Assembly: GCA_030668875.1 (NCBI GenBank) | Contig: DAOVER010000002.1 | Span: forward strand, 30,001 to 62,000 | Origin: Candidatus Heimdallarchaeota archaeon | GTDB taxonomy: Archaea > Asgardarchaeota > Heimdallarchaeia > Heimdallarchaeales > Heimdallarchaeaceae | Direction of reading: 5' to 3' | Length of the DNA stretch: 32,000 nucleotides | Shown here: positions 8,868 through 17,879 of the stretch, in pieces | Layout of the letters: each line of letters starts with the position of its first letter | Numbering within the stretch: the first letter of the stretch is position 1 | Position numbers and translations under genes: made by a program | The notes under the pieces: generated by a model | The model's input: the letters and a program-made list of their open reading frames with translations, nothing else | Databases searched by the model: none | Told to the model about the DNA's origin: nothing

Positions 8868-9430
8868 AGACTCATCTTTTCAAATGCTCTGATTAACTCA
8901 TTTCTTTCGTTAAAAATGTTGAATAGATTACTACTTAGTGACATTAAACTTGAGATGCTGTCTTCGACTGTATCTAACATCATCTCTTCTAGATTTACTT
9001 GATTTTCAACAATTTTTTCTTTGAATTCTTCAGCACTATCTAAAATATCTATCTCTAATAGATATAGTATAGATAGATCAATACCATGCTCTCCTTCTAC
9101 ACTCTTTACATCAAAGAAAGTACTGTATTTGTAATCAGTGTTATCAGTTTCTCTCAACATATCCTCTATACGCTTAGCAACAATACCTGAAGCCCCCCAG
9201 CTAGTTAATAATTGAGAATGAATCAATAGTTCGTTTACTTGAGCCATAGCATCTTTGGAGTCACGAAGTAGGGTAAACAATTTCTTTCTAAAAGCCATAT
9301 CTGAATCTCTTCGGTTTTCGAGATTGGGATAACCTTGGTAATCAGGAATATTTGCCATTAATATTTTCAAAGCTTCAGGAATTTTACCACTGATTTCGTC
9401 TTTTGCAGGCTTATTTTTTTTACCAAACAT
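8864..9430 (-). CDS. Conserved-looking alpha-helical hypothetical protein
   Basis: 188 aa. The IPDYQGY...ENRRDSDMAFRKKL motif resembles an uncharacterised prokaryotic family (IPGy.GY...E.RR.aD). It follows ligase after 17 nt. Confidence 0.7.
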   Translation of the reverse strand: MFGKKNKPAKDEISGKIPEALKILMANIPDYQGYPNLENRRDSDMAFRKKLFTLLRDSKDAMAQVNELLIHSQLLTSWGASGIVAKRIEDMLRETDNTDYKYSTFFDVKSVEGEHGIDLSILYLLEIDILDSAEEFKEKIVENQVNLEEMMLDTVEDSISSLMSLSSNLFNIFNERNELIRAFEKMSL

Positions 9431-9447
9431 TGGATTTCACTTTTAAC

Positions 9448-11217
9448 TTATTTTTTTTGATTTAAATATATTGTGTGTATTTCTTGATTTGATGTAGAGT
9501 CTTCGGGAGTTTTATCTTCAACAATCCTTCCGGTGAATCTTGGGAAACGCAGAGCTAACCCATCTTTTTTTCCTCCTAAAAGACCTCTTGCACATGTGTG
9601 AATCTGACTTACAGTAATTTCTGCTCCAATTACTTCAATAACTATTGAAGGTTCAAACCAGATTTGACATTCTGTATCACTTTGTATTTCCTTGGGTTTT
9701 GCTCGTTCCAATTTTTTGAGAACATTGTAGAAATATTGAAGGTTTTCATCACTAAAACCAGTAGCAACTTTTGTAAATGTTCTATACACAGTATCATTCG
9801 TATCAAAACAACCTATTAGGAACGTACCGTACAATCCGGCTCTTTTACCTTTACCGTAATCAGCTCCTAGGATGACAAGATCGAATGAATCTGATAGTTT
9901 GTCAACATAATCGGCTTTGTATTTTACCCAATTCCAACCTCGAGCTCCAGCTTGATAAGCAGAACCTTTTGACATATCCTTGCCCATTATTCCTTCGCAG
10001 CTGTTTTCTAAGGCTTGTTGAAAGAAATTTTCTATGTCATCAGAGTTTTCAGCAACTGTCTGATGAGAATATTGGATATTATTATTCGTTTCCACAAGTT
10101 TTTCCAATAACTGTCTCCTGTCAAGATAATCGCTTTCTATCTCTGATTTCCCAAAAGCATAAAGTGAGTCAAAAAGATACACTCTAACAGGAACCTCGCT
10201 AATTTTCTTATCAATGTCATGCTTTCTTTTCCTTTGTGAAACTTGCTGAAAGGGTAGTATTTTGTCTTTTTGTAAATCATAAGCCACAATTTCCCCTTCA
10301 ATTATGAAATCATCTTCTTTAGCAGCATTGTTAATGAATTTGACTACATCAGGGAATTGGTTTGTTATATCTTCAGGTTTTCTGGAAAATAATTTGATTA
10401 TTGTACCTTTTTTATGTATTTGAACTCGCAATCCATCATATTTGTATTCTAGAGCAACCTTCCCTCCGAATCTTTCCAACAACTTTTCAGAGCTTGAAAC
10501 TCTTTGTGCCAACATGACTCTTATCGGATTGAAAATCTTCACTTCTACTTTTTTTATGCTTTCTAAACCTTGGGCAAAAAGTGATGATGCAACAAACTCT
10601 ATATCTGATGTTCTGTTATAAGCTCTTTCGAGAATATCTTTGTTTTCTCTGGTGCTTGTTTTAGCTAGAGACAGAGATTCTAATAGTAACTGAGTTGCAA
10701 CTCCTAATCTTAGTTGCCCACACACCATCCTAATTATGTATCTGGCTTCCAGTGGGGAAACTTTGGAAATAAGACCAGATAATGTTCTAATCTTCTTATC
10801 TGATGATCCTTCACCAGACATTTTTGCTATAGAATCAAAAATATTCCATATGTCTAGAACACTTAACTCTTGTTGCTCTTCTTGTTTAGTAAAAGCTAAC
10901 AGAGTCGATTGAGGTTTGTTTTCTAATAGCTTGTGAGCCGTTTTTCCTAAATCACCAAATTCATCTAGCAGGGTTTGAACAGATTTATCACTCTTACCTG
11001 TAGCTATTGCTAATGATTTAACTGCCATTCTTTCAGCTAGCATTAGTTCAATTCCAATAAAATCTGGATAAAGCTTACCCAGAGTTAAAAGAGCAATTTT
11101 TCCAATCTCTTTTGAATCAGAGTCTTTTATTGCATCTGCTAAAATGTCAACCATTTCAAGTTTTTTCTGTGTCTTTTCTAATTTGAAATAACACTGCGAT
11201 AGATCTTTGAACATCAA
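9448..11217 (-). CDS. lig: ATP-dependent DNA ligase
   Basis: EYKYDGLRVQIH (motif I), IEGEIV, YLFD, EGIMGK, WVKYKADY and ALRFPRF. Confidence 0.98.
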   Translation of the reverse strand: MMFKDLSQCYFKLEKTQKKLEMVDILADAIKDSDSKEIGKIALLTLGKLYPDFIGIELMLAERMAVKSLAIATGKSDKSVQTLLDEFGDLGKTAHKLLENKPQSTLLAFTKQEEQQELSVLDIWNIFDSIAKMSGEGSSDKKIRTLSGLISKVSPLEARYIIRMVCGQLRLGVATQLLLESLSLAKTSTRENKDILERAYNRTSDIEFVASSLFAQGLESIKKVEVKIFNPIRVMLAQRVSSSEKLLERFGGKVALEYKYDGLRVQIHKKGTIIKLFSRKPEDITNQFPDVVKFINNAAKEDDFIIEGEIVAYDLQKDKILPFQQVSQRKRKHDIDKKISEVPVRVYLFDSLYAFGKSEIESDYLDRRQLLEKLVETNNNIQYSHQTVAENSDDIENFFQQALENSCEGIMGKDMSKGSAYQAGARGWNWVKYKADYVDKLSDSFDLVILGADYGKGKRAGLYGTFLIGCFDTNDTVYRTFTKVATGFSDENLQYFYNVLKKLERAKPKEIQSDTECQIWFEPSIVIEVIGAEITVSQIHTCARGLLGGKKDGLALRFPRFTGRIVEDKTPEDSTSNQEIHTIYLNQKK

Positions 11218-11228
11218 ATAAATCTGTC

Positions 11229-12581
11229 CTAAAATATCCTTTTCTTGCCTTTTTGCTCTTTAATTTCAAGAACAATTTCACTCATTAAATGAATTAGATT
11301 TGCACTTAAAACATCGACACTATTTTTTAGTTCTTTTATTGCATCTACAACTTCTGTTAAATCAGATTTTTGTAATTGTTGAGAAACAGCTGGTACTTGA
11401 CTACTTGATTGTATTTGTTCCTCTAGTGTTTCGTCAAAAATCAGCACTTCTTGTTCAAACCTATCAGCTGGTGTTGGTAAAGGAATGGAAGATTCATCGA
11501 TTCTACGAGCTTTATCTATTTGCTTCTTACTAGATTCGCTTTTTAGTTTCTCCTTCTCTCGGATTTTTTCTAGATATGGCAAAACTTGTGAATAATCAAT
11601 ACCTTTTCTTCTCGCCATATCTGTAAGAAGTATATCTCTATACCCTGGATCTTCTATGTTGAGTTCAGAAATATCTTTTTCTAAATCTTGAATAATTGCA
11701 ATTGCACTGTAGATATCATCCTTAGAGAGTTTAGGTGCTGTTTTCTCCACTTTTGATTCCTTTATTTTCATTTCTTGTTTTAGTTCCTGAACGATAGATG
11801 TTGGAGTGACTACTTTGTCAGGAGTGGGAATTTCAGGAACAGGAGGTTGTTTAAGTGTGGTTACACTCTGTGTTTCAGGTTCAGGTTTCTCTTCAGTTAC
11901 TTCTTCAGTTTCACCCGATGGAACCTCAGAAATGAAGTTGAAAATATTGTTTGCTAATTTTTTATTGTTCCTTAATCTCAAACCTGATTTTAGATCGGAA
12001 AGCATTAAGTAAGATCCACAAGCCAAAACTGTTCCTAACCCGTACGAAGCCATAGCTAAAACTGTTGAACTTGGTGGATCACTATCAGAAGCTGTTCTTG
12101 CAAGTTCTATTCCGTTCTTACCTATGTTGATTGAACAACTCGATACCATAGTTATTTCTTTAATTCCTTCAGTTATGGAATGGTCGAAGAATTTGCTGAT
12201 AACTGGGTTACTTTCCAGTTTCAAATCATAGTTCTTATAATCAAAAATTTGGTTTGCTACTATCTCCATTTTGAAGTGTTTTAGAAGTGTATTTAGATTA
12301 GTGTTTAATCCTCTATCACCACCAGCATTAGCAAAAATTGCTATAGAACCCCCCTCATCTACAAATCGTAAGAGAGCTTTAACTTCATGCCCATACAATT
12401 TCGAACCATCGGGACAGAGAAACACAAGAATATCGTATTTAGAAATTTCTGAATACTTTATCGGAAATGTGTCCAAACGGCCGATTTGATGTCCTGAATC
12501 CTCAAGGGTTTCAGCTAATTTTCGAAAGTTATCAAAAATAAGACCTCTTTCTTTTTGGGTTTCGTCAAACAAAATTTTCAT
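11229..12581 (-). CDS. Cytoplasmic GIFT (GldG/IFT52-like) domain protein with a Pro/Glu/Thr-rich linker and C-terminal helical/coiled-coil domains
   Basis: ILFDETQKE; YDILVFLCP..KLYGHEVKALLRFVDEGGSIAIFANAGGDRGLNTNLNTLLKHF; GTVLACGSYLMLSD..NKKLANNIFNF. No signal peptide. ATG 12581 has an AGGTG SD. Confidence 0.75.
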   Translation of the reverse strand: MKILFDETQKERGLIFDNFRKLAETLEDSGHQIGRLDTFPIKYSEISKYDILVFLCPDGSKLYGHEVKALLRFVDEGGSIAIFANAGGDRGLNTNLNTLLKHFKMEIVANQIFDYKNYDLKLESNPVISKFFDHSITEGIKEITMVSSCSINIGKNGIELARTASDSDPPSSTVLAMASYGLGTVLACGSYLMLSDLKSGLRLRNNKKLANNIFNFISEVPSGETEEVTEEKPEPETQSVTTLKQPPVPEIPTPDKVVTPTSIVQELKQEMKIKESKVEKTAPKLSKDDIYSAIAIIQDLEKDISELNIEDPGYRDILLTDMARRKGIDYSQVLPYLEKIREKEKLKSESSKKQIDKARRIDESSIPLPTPADRFEQEVLIFDETLEEQIQSSSQVPAVSQQLQKSDLTEVVDAIKELKNSVDVLSANLIHLMSEIVLEIKEQKGKKRIF

Positions 12582-12777
12582 ATTAACACCTTGCAACTTT
12601 AAATAATCTCTTCGACTCTAGTGAGAACAGTTAAAAATTGATAAATATAAGTTTGATGTTGGTGAAAACAACCCAAAAAAGAATATAAATGTTCAATGTA
12701 GCATCTATTAACGAGAAACTTCACATCACTTAAACTTTAATATAGGCTGTTTCCAAATATAATTATCCGGTGAGTTA

Positions 12778-13644
12778 ATGTCGAAATTCGATTTCAGTAA
12801 TCAGAGTACTCTTTCTTCAACAAAACTTGATATTATAATTCTCCATTCTCAGAAAGGTGGGCCTGGAAAAACAACTCTTTCATGCAACATTGCAAAAGAA
12901 TTGGCAAAAAGGGGAAATAAAACAGTAATAATTGATCTTGATATTGCACAACCAACAATTCAGCACATATTTCATATAGATGATATTGACATAAAACACA
13001 CAATTAACGATGTTCTCCTTGGAGAAACATCTGTGTCAGAGGATGTCCTAAACAAGACAGATGATCCCAATTTGTTCGCCATTGTAGCTAAAGAAAATGT
13101 AGAGTATGGTGAAGGATTACTTTCTATGTTAGAAGAAATTCAGAAACATTCTTTCTTTGCTTTGCATGAGATGACAAAATTCCTCTTAAGAATGGGTTTT
13201 AGATATGTGATTTATGATTGTGCGCCTGGATATAAGCTTGAATCTGTCAATGCTGCAGCGATAGCCGATGCTAGAATTTTTGTTTTAAGACCATCCACTT
13301 TTAGTTATGAAGGATCAAAGCAGATGTTAAATGATATCTACAAGAAACTAAATATTCGTTCTTCAAATTTCTTCGTTTTCAATCAACTCCCCCCTAATCT
13401 AAAAGAAGAAAGCCAAAACTTGCTTAATTCATGGAAAGATGGTATTGTAGAACTCTATGAACCTGAGACCATTAAATTTCTTGATTTTCTTCCTATTTCC
13501 CATGAAATTATGGAAATGGGTCTTACAGGAGAGTATATTTTTCCAGAATCAAATCCTCTATATAAGAGACTCACCAAAATAGTAGATACAGTTGTTGAAA
13601 CACTTGATGAGATGAAAAAGGTAAAATTAAAAGAAGAAAGCTGA
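12778..13644 (+). CDS. MinD/ParA family P-loop ATPase
   Basis: Deviant Walker A KGGPGKTT, IIDLDIAQP and Walker B YDCAPG. A GGTGA SD precedes it. Confidence 0.92.
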   Translation: MSKFDFSNQSTLSSTKLDIIILHSQKGGPGKTTLSCNIAKELAKRGNKTVIIDLDIAQPTIQHIFHIDDIDIKHTINDVLLGETSVSEDVLNKTDDPNLFAIVAKENVEYGEGLLSMLEEIQKHSFFALHEMTKFLLRMGFRYVIYDCAPGYKLESVNAAAIADARIFVLRPSTFSYEGSKQMLNDIYKKLNIRSSNFFVFNQLPPNLKEESQNLLNSWKDGIVELYEPETIKFLDFLPISHEIMEMGLTGEYIFPESNPLYKRLTKIVDTVVETLDEMKKVKLKEES

Positions 13645-13699
13645 TTTTTATCGGAACCTTTGCTAAATTTTATATGTAACGGTGTATTTAGTATTCTTA

Positions 13700-14686
13700 A
13701 TGAGCCAAATTGTTAAAATTACTTGTGGTTACTGTAATTCCCCAATTGATGTTAATCCGGAAGACGCAGTGTTCAACTGTGTCTCTTGTGGTCAGGCTTT
13801 CTTGTCAGATGGAACTGAATTCAAAAACCACTACATACTCGACAACAGGTTTAATCAGAAACAAATTCGAGACATTGTAAAGGGATTTATTAAGAAAAAG
13901 GGTTTCATGAGAGGGATTAAAGGTTACAAAATAACCAAATTTGAACCTATATTGATGCCATTTTGGGTAGCAACATCAGATGCTTATACTCACTATGTTG
14001 GGTATAAAAGATATACGGAAACAAAAACAAGGACTGTAGGTTCAGGTAAAAATAGACGAACTGTAACAGAACATGTAACAGTTTATCGTCCCGTTGATCA
14101 AGAAATTAGAGAAAAAAGAGCAGATGTTCTTCTAGGTAGAAGAGGAAGCTCTATGTATGGATATAGAAAAGTTAAACAGATTCTCCAAAGTGAATTTTCT
14201 CAGGCTGTTCCCTTTAACCATGATAGGTTGATGAATACAGAGAAGGAATTTGATTATCTGTCATCTGAAATTTCTTTAGATGCTGCGAATCAATTAGCAA
14301 AGACTGCAGTTTTTGATAATCACAGATCAAGAGCAGAGAGAGCCTGTACGAAAGTGTTTGACTGTGCTACGCAAATAGCATACACTGGAACTTATTTTGT
14401 TCATACTCCTGTATGGCAGATTGAATATGTCTTTCAAGATGAGACTTATAGAATAGCTATTCTTGGAAGCAGTGGTAAAATTATAGCAGGGGAGATTCCT
14501 GTTACAACTCGATTTAGAATGATATTTCTTGGACTTACAACCTTACTTTTCCTAGGCGGAGGAGTTGGAAGCTATTTCTTAGGTTTTGATGAATATATAT
14601 TTCCAATCGTTTTTGGTGTTATTGTTGCAATTATCGGTTTCTTCACGCTGAAAAACGTGTTTAAACCCGTGTCGGTGGTGGAATAA
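13700..14686 (+). CDS. Zn-ribbon membrane protein, paralog 1 (N-terminal CxxC-x15-CxxC, two C-terminal TM helices)
   Basis: CGYC...CVSC; PILMPFW; HTPVWQIEY...G.SGKIIAGEIP; two TM segments. ATG 13700 has a ttttatat TATA candidate about 28 nt upstream. Confidence 0.8.
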   Translation: MSQIVKITCGYCNSPIDVNPEDAVFNCVSCGQAFLSDGTEFKNHYILDNRFNQKQIRDIVKGFIKKKGFMRGIKGYKITKFEPILMPFWVATSDAYTHYVGYKRYTETKTRTVGSGKNRRTVTEHVTVYRPVDQEIREKRADVLLGRRGSSMYGYRKVKQILQSEFSQAVPFNHDRLMNTEKEFDYLSSEISLDAANQLAKTAVFDNHRSRAERACTKVFDCATQIAYTGTYFVHTPVWQIEYVFQDETYRIAILGSSGKIIAGEIPVTTRFRMIFLGLTTLLFLGGGVGSYFLGFDEYIFPIVFGVIVAIIGFFTLKNVFKPVSVVE

Positions 14687-14687
14687 G

Positions 14688-15677
14688 ATGAGAAGTATAA
14701 TGTGTCCAAATTGTGCAGCTCCGTTAGAATTAGAGGATACCCAAACCCATGTAACCTGTCCTTTTTGTAGCGTTACAAGTGAGCTAAAGAAAGTAGATCA
14801 GTTGATTGAGCACTACATGTTACCAGTTACATATGACGTGGATCAGATTAGGACAGAATTGGTTGGTGACATTCTTAAAAATCCCGGAACTCCTGACGAT
14901 TTACATACATCACTTAATATGAAGAAAGTGGATTTGAAATTCTATCCTTACTATATTGTGACGGTTCACCTTAGAACTGAATACAAGGGCAATGGTGAAT
15001 ATGCAACATTCAGTCATCGGTATAAATCAGGTTATAGAAATATTGAAACACATCTTAAACCTGAACAAGGTGTTTTCGATGATGAACGTGAATTCATCAT
15101 TTGGGGTTCAAAAGAGATTATCAACGATTTAATCAACTTCGAGATTTCCACACGTGGCAAAAGATATTTCCAAGCTTTAGAAGCAGACAAAGTGAAAGCA
15201 AAAATTGTGCCAACTGTATTGGATGTTGAACAAGCTAAAGTTCAAGGTGTTGCTACTATACGAGATATTCATAAGGGATTGATGTATAAAGAATTAGCTC
15301 AAATTCAAGAAGTCAAAGATAAACCTGAAGTTAAAGGAATATATCTACTACACATACCATTTTACTTCTTAGAATTTGAAGTAAACAAAAAGATGTATAA
15401 GGCAACCATGGATGCAGCTACTGGACGAACAGTAATCACTCAAATACCTAGGGAAACATCTTATTGGGCTTTGATAGGCATGTTATCCGCATTCTTCGGA
15501 GTTATAGGGATTGCAGGTATATTCTTTGCTGTTCAAGCTTCACAAGACGTTGGATTTTTCGGTTTAGGTATAAATTGGGTTGGAATTTTTGCAGCAATTG
15601 CGGGGATAATTTTAACGATTCGAACTCTTATGCTAGGATTACGCTCTAAATATAGAGAAACTAGACGAAAAAAATGA
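14688..15677 (+). CDS. Zn-ribbon membrane protein, paralog 2
   Basis: CPNC...CPFC; KFYPYY; HIPFYFLEF...DAATGRTVITQIP; two TM segments. It starts 1 nt after paralog 1 ends. Confidence 0.8.
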   Translation: MRSIMCPNCAAPLELEDTQTHVTCPFCSVTSELKKVDQLIEHYMLPVTYDVDQIRTELVGDILKNPGTPDDLHTSLNMKKVDLKFYPYYIVTVHLRTEYKGNGEYATFSHRYKSGYRNIETHLKPEQGVFDDEREFIIWGSKEIINDLINFEISTRGKRYFQALEADKVKAKIVPTVLDVEQAKVQGVATIRDIHKGLMYKELAQIQEVKDKPEVKGIYLLHIPFYFLEFEVNKKMYKATMDAATGRTVITQIPRETSYWALIGMLSAFFGVIGIAGIFFAVQASQDVGFFGLGINWVGIFAAIAGIILTIRTLMLGLRSKYRETRRKK

Positions 15678-15693
15678 TAGAGTGAAAAGTTTT

Positions 15694-15722
15694 AAATTCC
15701 TCTTTTTTCTTTTATTTACTTA
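15694..15722 (+). terminator. Oligo-T terminator candidate
   Basis: aaattcctcttttttcttttatttactta after the stop of the Zn-ribbon pair. Confidence 0.4.
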
Positions 15723-15744
15723 TCATAATCGATGTTGATTGACC

Positions 15745-16488
15745 ATGGAAGAAAAAGTTCCTATTTTTGTTGACTTTGGTGGCACTCTTGTAGACACAAT
15801 AGGTATAACCGCTGAAGTTTTTGAAGAAGTTTTGGGAAAGAAATTTTCTCACGATCAAATTAAGAAAATGTATAAAGATGCTTCTAAAAAAAGAATGAGT
15901 ATGTACATGTTTTTTAAATATCCAGTAAACCCAATTAAGCTCTCTCTAAAGAGGAAGAAACTTCAAGAATTACAGATAGAGAAATTTTTGGAAATCAAGA
16001 AATTGATACCTAATGCAAAGGAAACTCTCCAAAAAATAAAGAAACTTAAAAACATCGAACTTGTGCTAGTTACTCAAAATCCAACAATGCAAGACGATGC
16101 TGTTTCTAAAAAGGTTCTTCAAAATCTCTTTGGCAAAGACGTTCCTTTTGATTTTCTATTAGCAGGTGATGATAAAGTCGAATTGATTGCAACTAATTAT
16201 GATACAGAAACGATTTCTAGGGCAGTTATCATTGGGGATTTACCAAATGATGTTTATGTGGCGAAAATTCTCCAAATCCCTTGTTTTGGTGTAACTTGGG
16301 GATATTCTGAGGAAAGCGAATTAGATACTCCATTTATTGCTGAAGAAGCTCTTGAGTTATTTGATTTAGTTAAAGATCATTTAGAAGACCTCAAAGAAGA
16401 CAAAGAACGAGAAAATGATCTTGAGGAATTTGAGTTTGATGAATCATTCCCTGAACTAGAGAAGGATTATGAACTTGTTGATGAATAA
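15745..16488 (+). CDS. HAD-superfamily hydrolase (phosphoglycolate phosphatase-like) with an acidic C-terminal tail
   Basis: IFVDFGGTLVDT (motif I), LVT (motif II), IIGDLPNDVYVAK (motif IV) and GVTWGY. Confidence 0.88.
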   Translation: MEEKVPIFVDFGGTLVDTIGITAEVFEEVLGKKFSHDQIKKMYKDASKKRMSMYMFFKYPVNPIKLSLKRKKLQELQIEKFLEIKKLIPNAKETLQKIKKLKNIELVLVTQNPTMQDDAVSKKVLQNLFGKDVPFDFLLAGDDKVELIATNYDTETISRAVIIGDLPNDVYVAKILQIPCFGVTWGYSEESELDTPFIAEEALELFDLVKDHLEDLKEDKERENDLEEFEFDESFPELEKDYELVDE

Positions 16489-16497
16489 TAACAGTTG

Positions 16498-16830
16498 TCA
16501 TTTGCCTATTTCAAGAATATGATTAGCTACCAATTCAGCAACTTCAGGTATTTTAGGTTTTACTTCATCAAAAAGTTTTTCGGAATTTTTGTTAGCATTT
16601 TCTATTAATTTTTTGTAATCCGAAGTGTCTTTCGCCTCTTCTACTTTCTTCTTAAGTATCTCTCTAGCTTCTGTCTTTGCATGCTCAAGTCTTCTTATCC
16701 TCTCGCTTTGTGCTTTTTCTATGACTAGAGCCGATTCTATTTCTGCTTCTTTTACAATTTGTTCTGCTCGATGTTCAGCAACCTTTATTTGTTTTATTAG
16801 TTCTTGTTCAGTTGATGGCAAATATTTCAC
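16498..16830 (-). CDS. atpH: A/V-type ATP synthase subunit H (G), peripheral stalk
   Basis: Coiled coil ELIKQIKVAEHRAEQIVKEA...AKTEA. The start may be TTG 16821, which follows a GGTGA SD. Confidence 0.85.
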   Translation of the reverse strand: MKYLPSTEQELIKQIKVAEHRAEQIVKEAEIESALVIEKAQSERIRRLEHAKTEAREILKKKVEEAKDTSDYKKLIENANKNSEKLFDEVKPKIPEVAELVANHILEIGK

Positions 16831-17870
16831 CTGATATAGCCTTCTTAACCAGCTATGTGAGAGGGCAATATGCTAAATTACTTACCCAAGAAGACTTTGA
16901 AAATTTAATAAATAAACCTTATGAATTGTTCATTCAGGATTTGTTAAGTTTTGAAATAGGTGAAAAATTAAAAGACTTTCCTGAATATCAACCTCACCAA
17001 TTAGAAAAATTGCTGACAGATAGTTTACTTGACCAATATGTGTTTATATTAAAATACTCTCCAAAATGGTCTAAAGAGTTTTCTGAAGCATATACAACTA
17101 AATTCGAAGTAATGAACATTCAAAGAATTATAAGATACCTTTATTCAAAAGCAAAGGTGGATTTGAAGGATGTTATCAATTTGAGACCACAAGAAATGCT
17201 TGGAAGAACAGCTTTTATTTCGAAGTTAATCTTAGCAAAAGATTTAACAGAACTTCTTGATTTACTTAAGAAATCTGAATATGGGAAAGAAATAGAGGTT
17301 GCTGAAAAATTGTATTCCAAAATCAATGATATATGGCCGTTAGAATTCGCAATAGAAGCATTTTATCTTAAGAAAATAATATCCAAAGCTGAGAAATTAA
17401 AGCTAAGCCAAAGGAAAGGTACAATGAATTTTGTTAAGAATGAATTGCTAACTAATATTTTATTAGTGATTCTAAAAGCTGATTTTGTTGAAGTAGATAT
17501 ACAAGAGGCATTGCAACTTGTCCCCATACCTGACGAACTTCCTTTTAGAAAGCAAATTCTCAAGATGATGGAGGACAATGATTTAAAAAGTGATTTAGAA
17601 CTTCTGAAAACTTTTGCTTCAGATAAGATTTCGAAGGGCATTGATCTGTTCCTTGAGGATAAAATGTTTTTACATATCGAAATTGCGGTCAGAGCAAGTG
17701 AATTAGAGACAATAAGAAAAACCTTTCATTCTGATTTTGGGATTCTTAGTATAATGTGCTATTTGAAAATGTATGAATCTCAGATTCAAGACCTAAACAA
17801 ACTACTTTATCTTAAAGAATACAAGTTTCCTGTAGAGAAAACAAAAGAATTAATTGTAAACTTAGTATAA
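16815..17870 (+). CDS. atpC: A/V-type ATP synthase subunit C (V0 d homolog)
   Basis: AFLTSYVRGQYAKLLTQEDFENL N-terminal motif, FEVMNIQRIIR, and C-terminal CYLKMYESQIQDL..LL..KE. All-helical, about 350 aa, and located among ATPase genes. Confidence 0.88.
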   Translation: MANISPDIAFLTSYVRGQYAKLLTQEDFENLINKPYELFIQDLLSFEIGEKLKDFPEYQPHQLEKLLTDSLLDQYVFILKYSPKWSKEFSEAYTTKFEVMNIQRIIRYLYSKAKVDLKDVINLRPQEMLGRTAFISKLILAKDLTELLDLLKKSEYGKEIEVAEKLYSKINDIWPLEFAIEAFYLKKIISKAEKLKLSQRKGTMNFVKNELLTNILLVILKADFVEVDIQEALQLVPIPDELPFRKQILKMMEDNDLKSDLELLKTFASDKISKGIDLFLEDKMFLHIEIAVRASELETIRKTFHSDFGILSIMCYLKMYESQIQDLNKLLYLKEYKFPVEKTKELIVNLV

Positions 17871-17879
17871 TGACACTCG

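Noticed and set aside
12659-12673. gttg...caac mini-hairpin in the GIFT/minD intergenic region
   Set aside because: A 4-bp stem is too weak to support a call.
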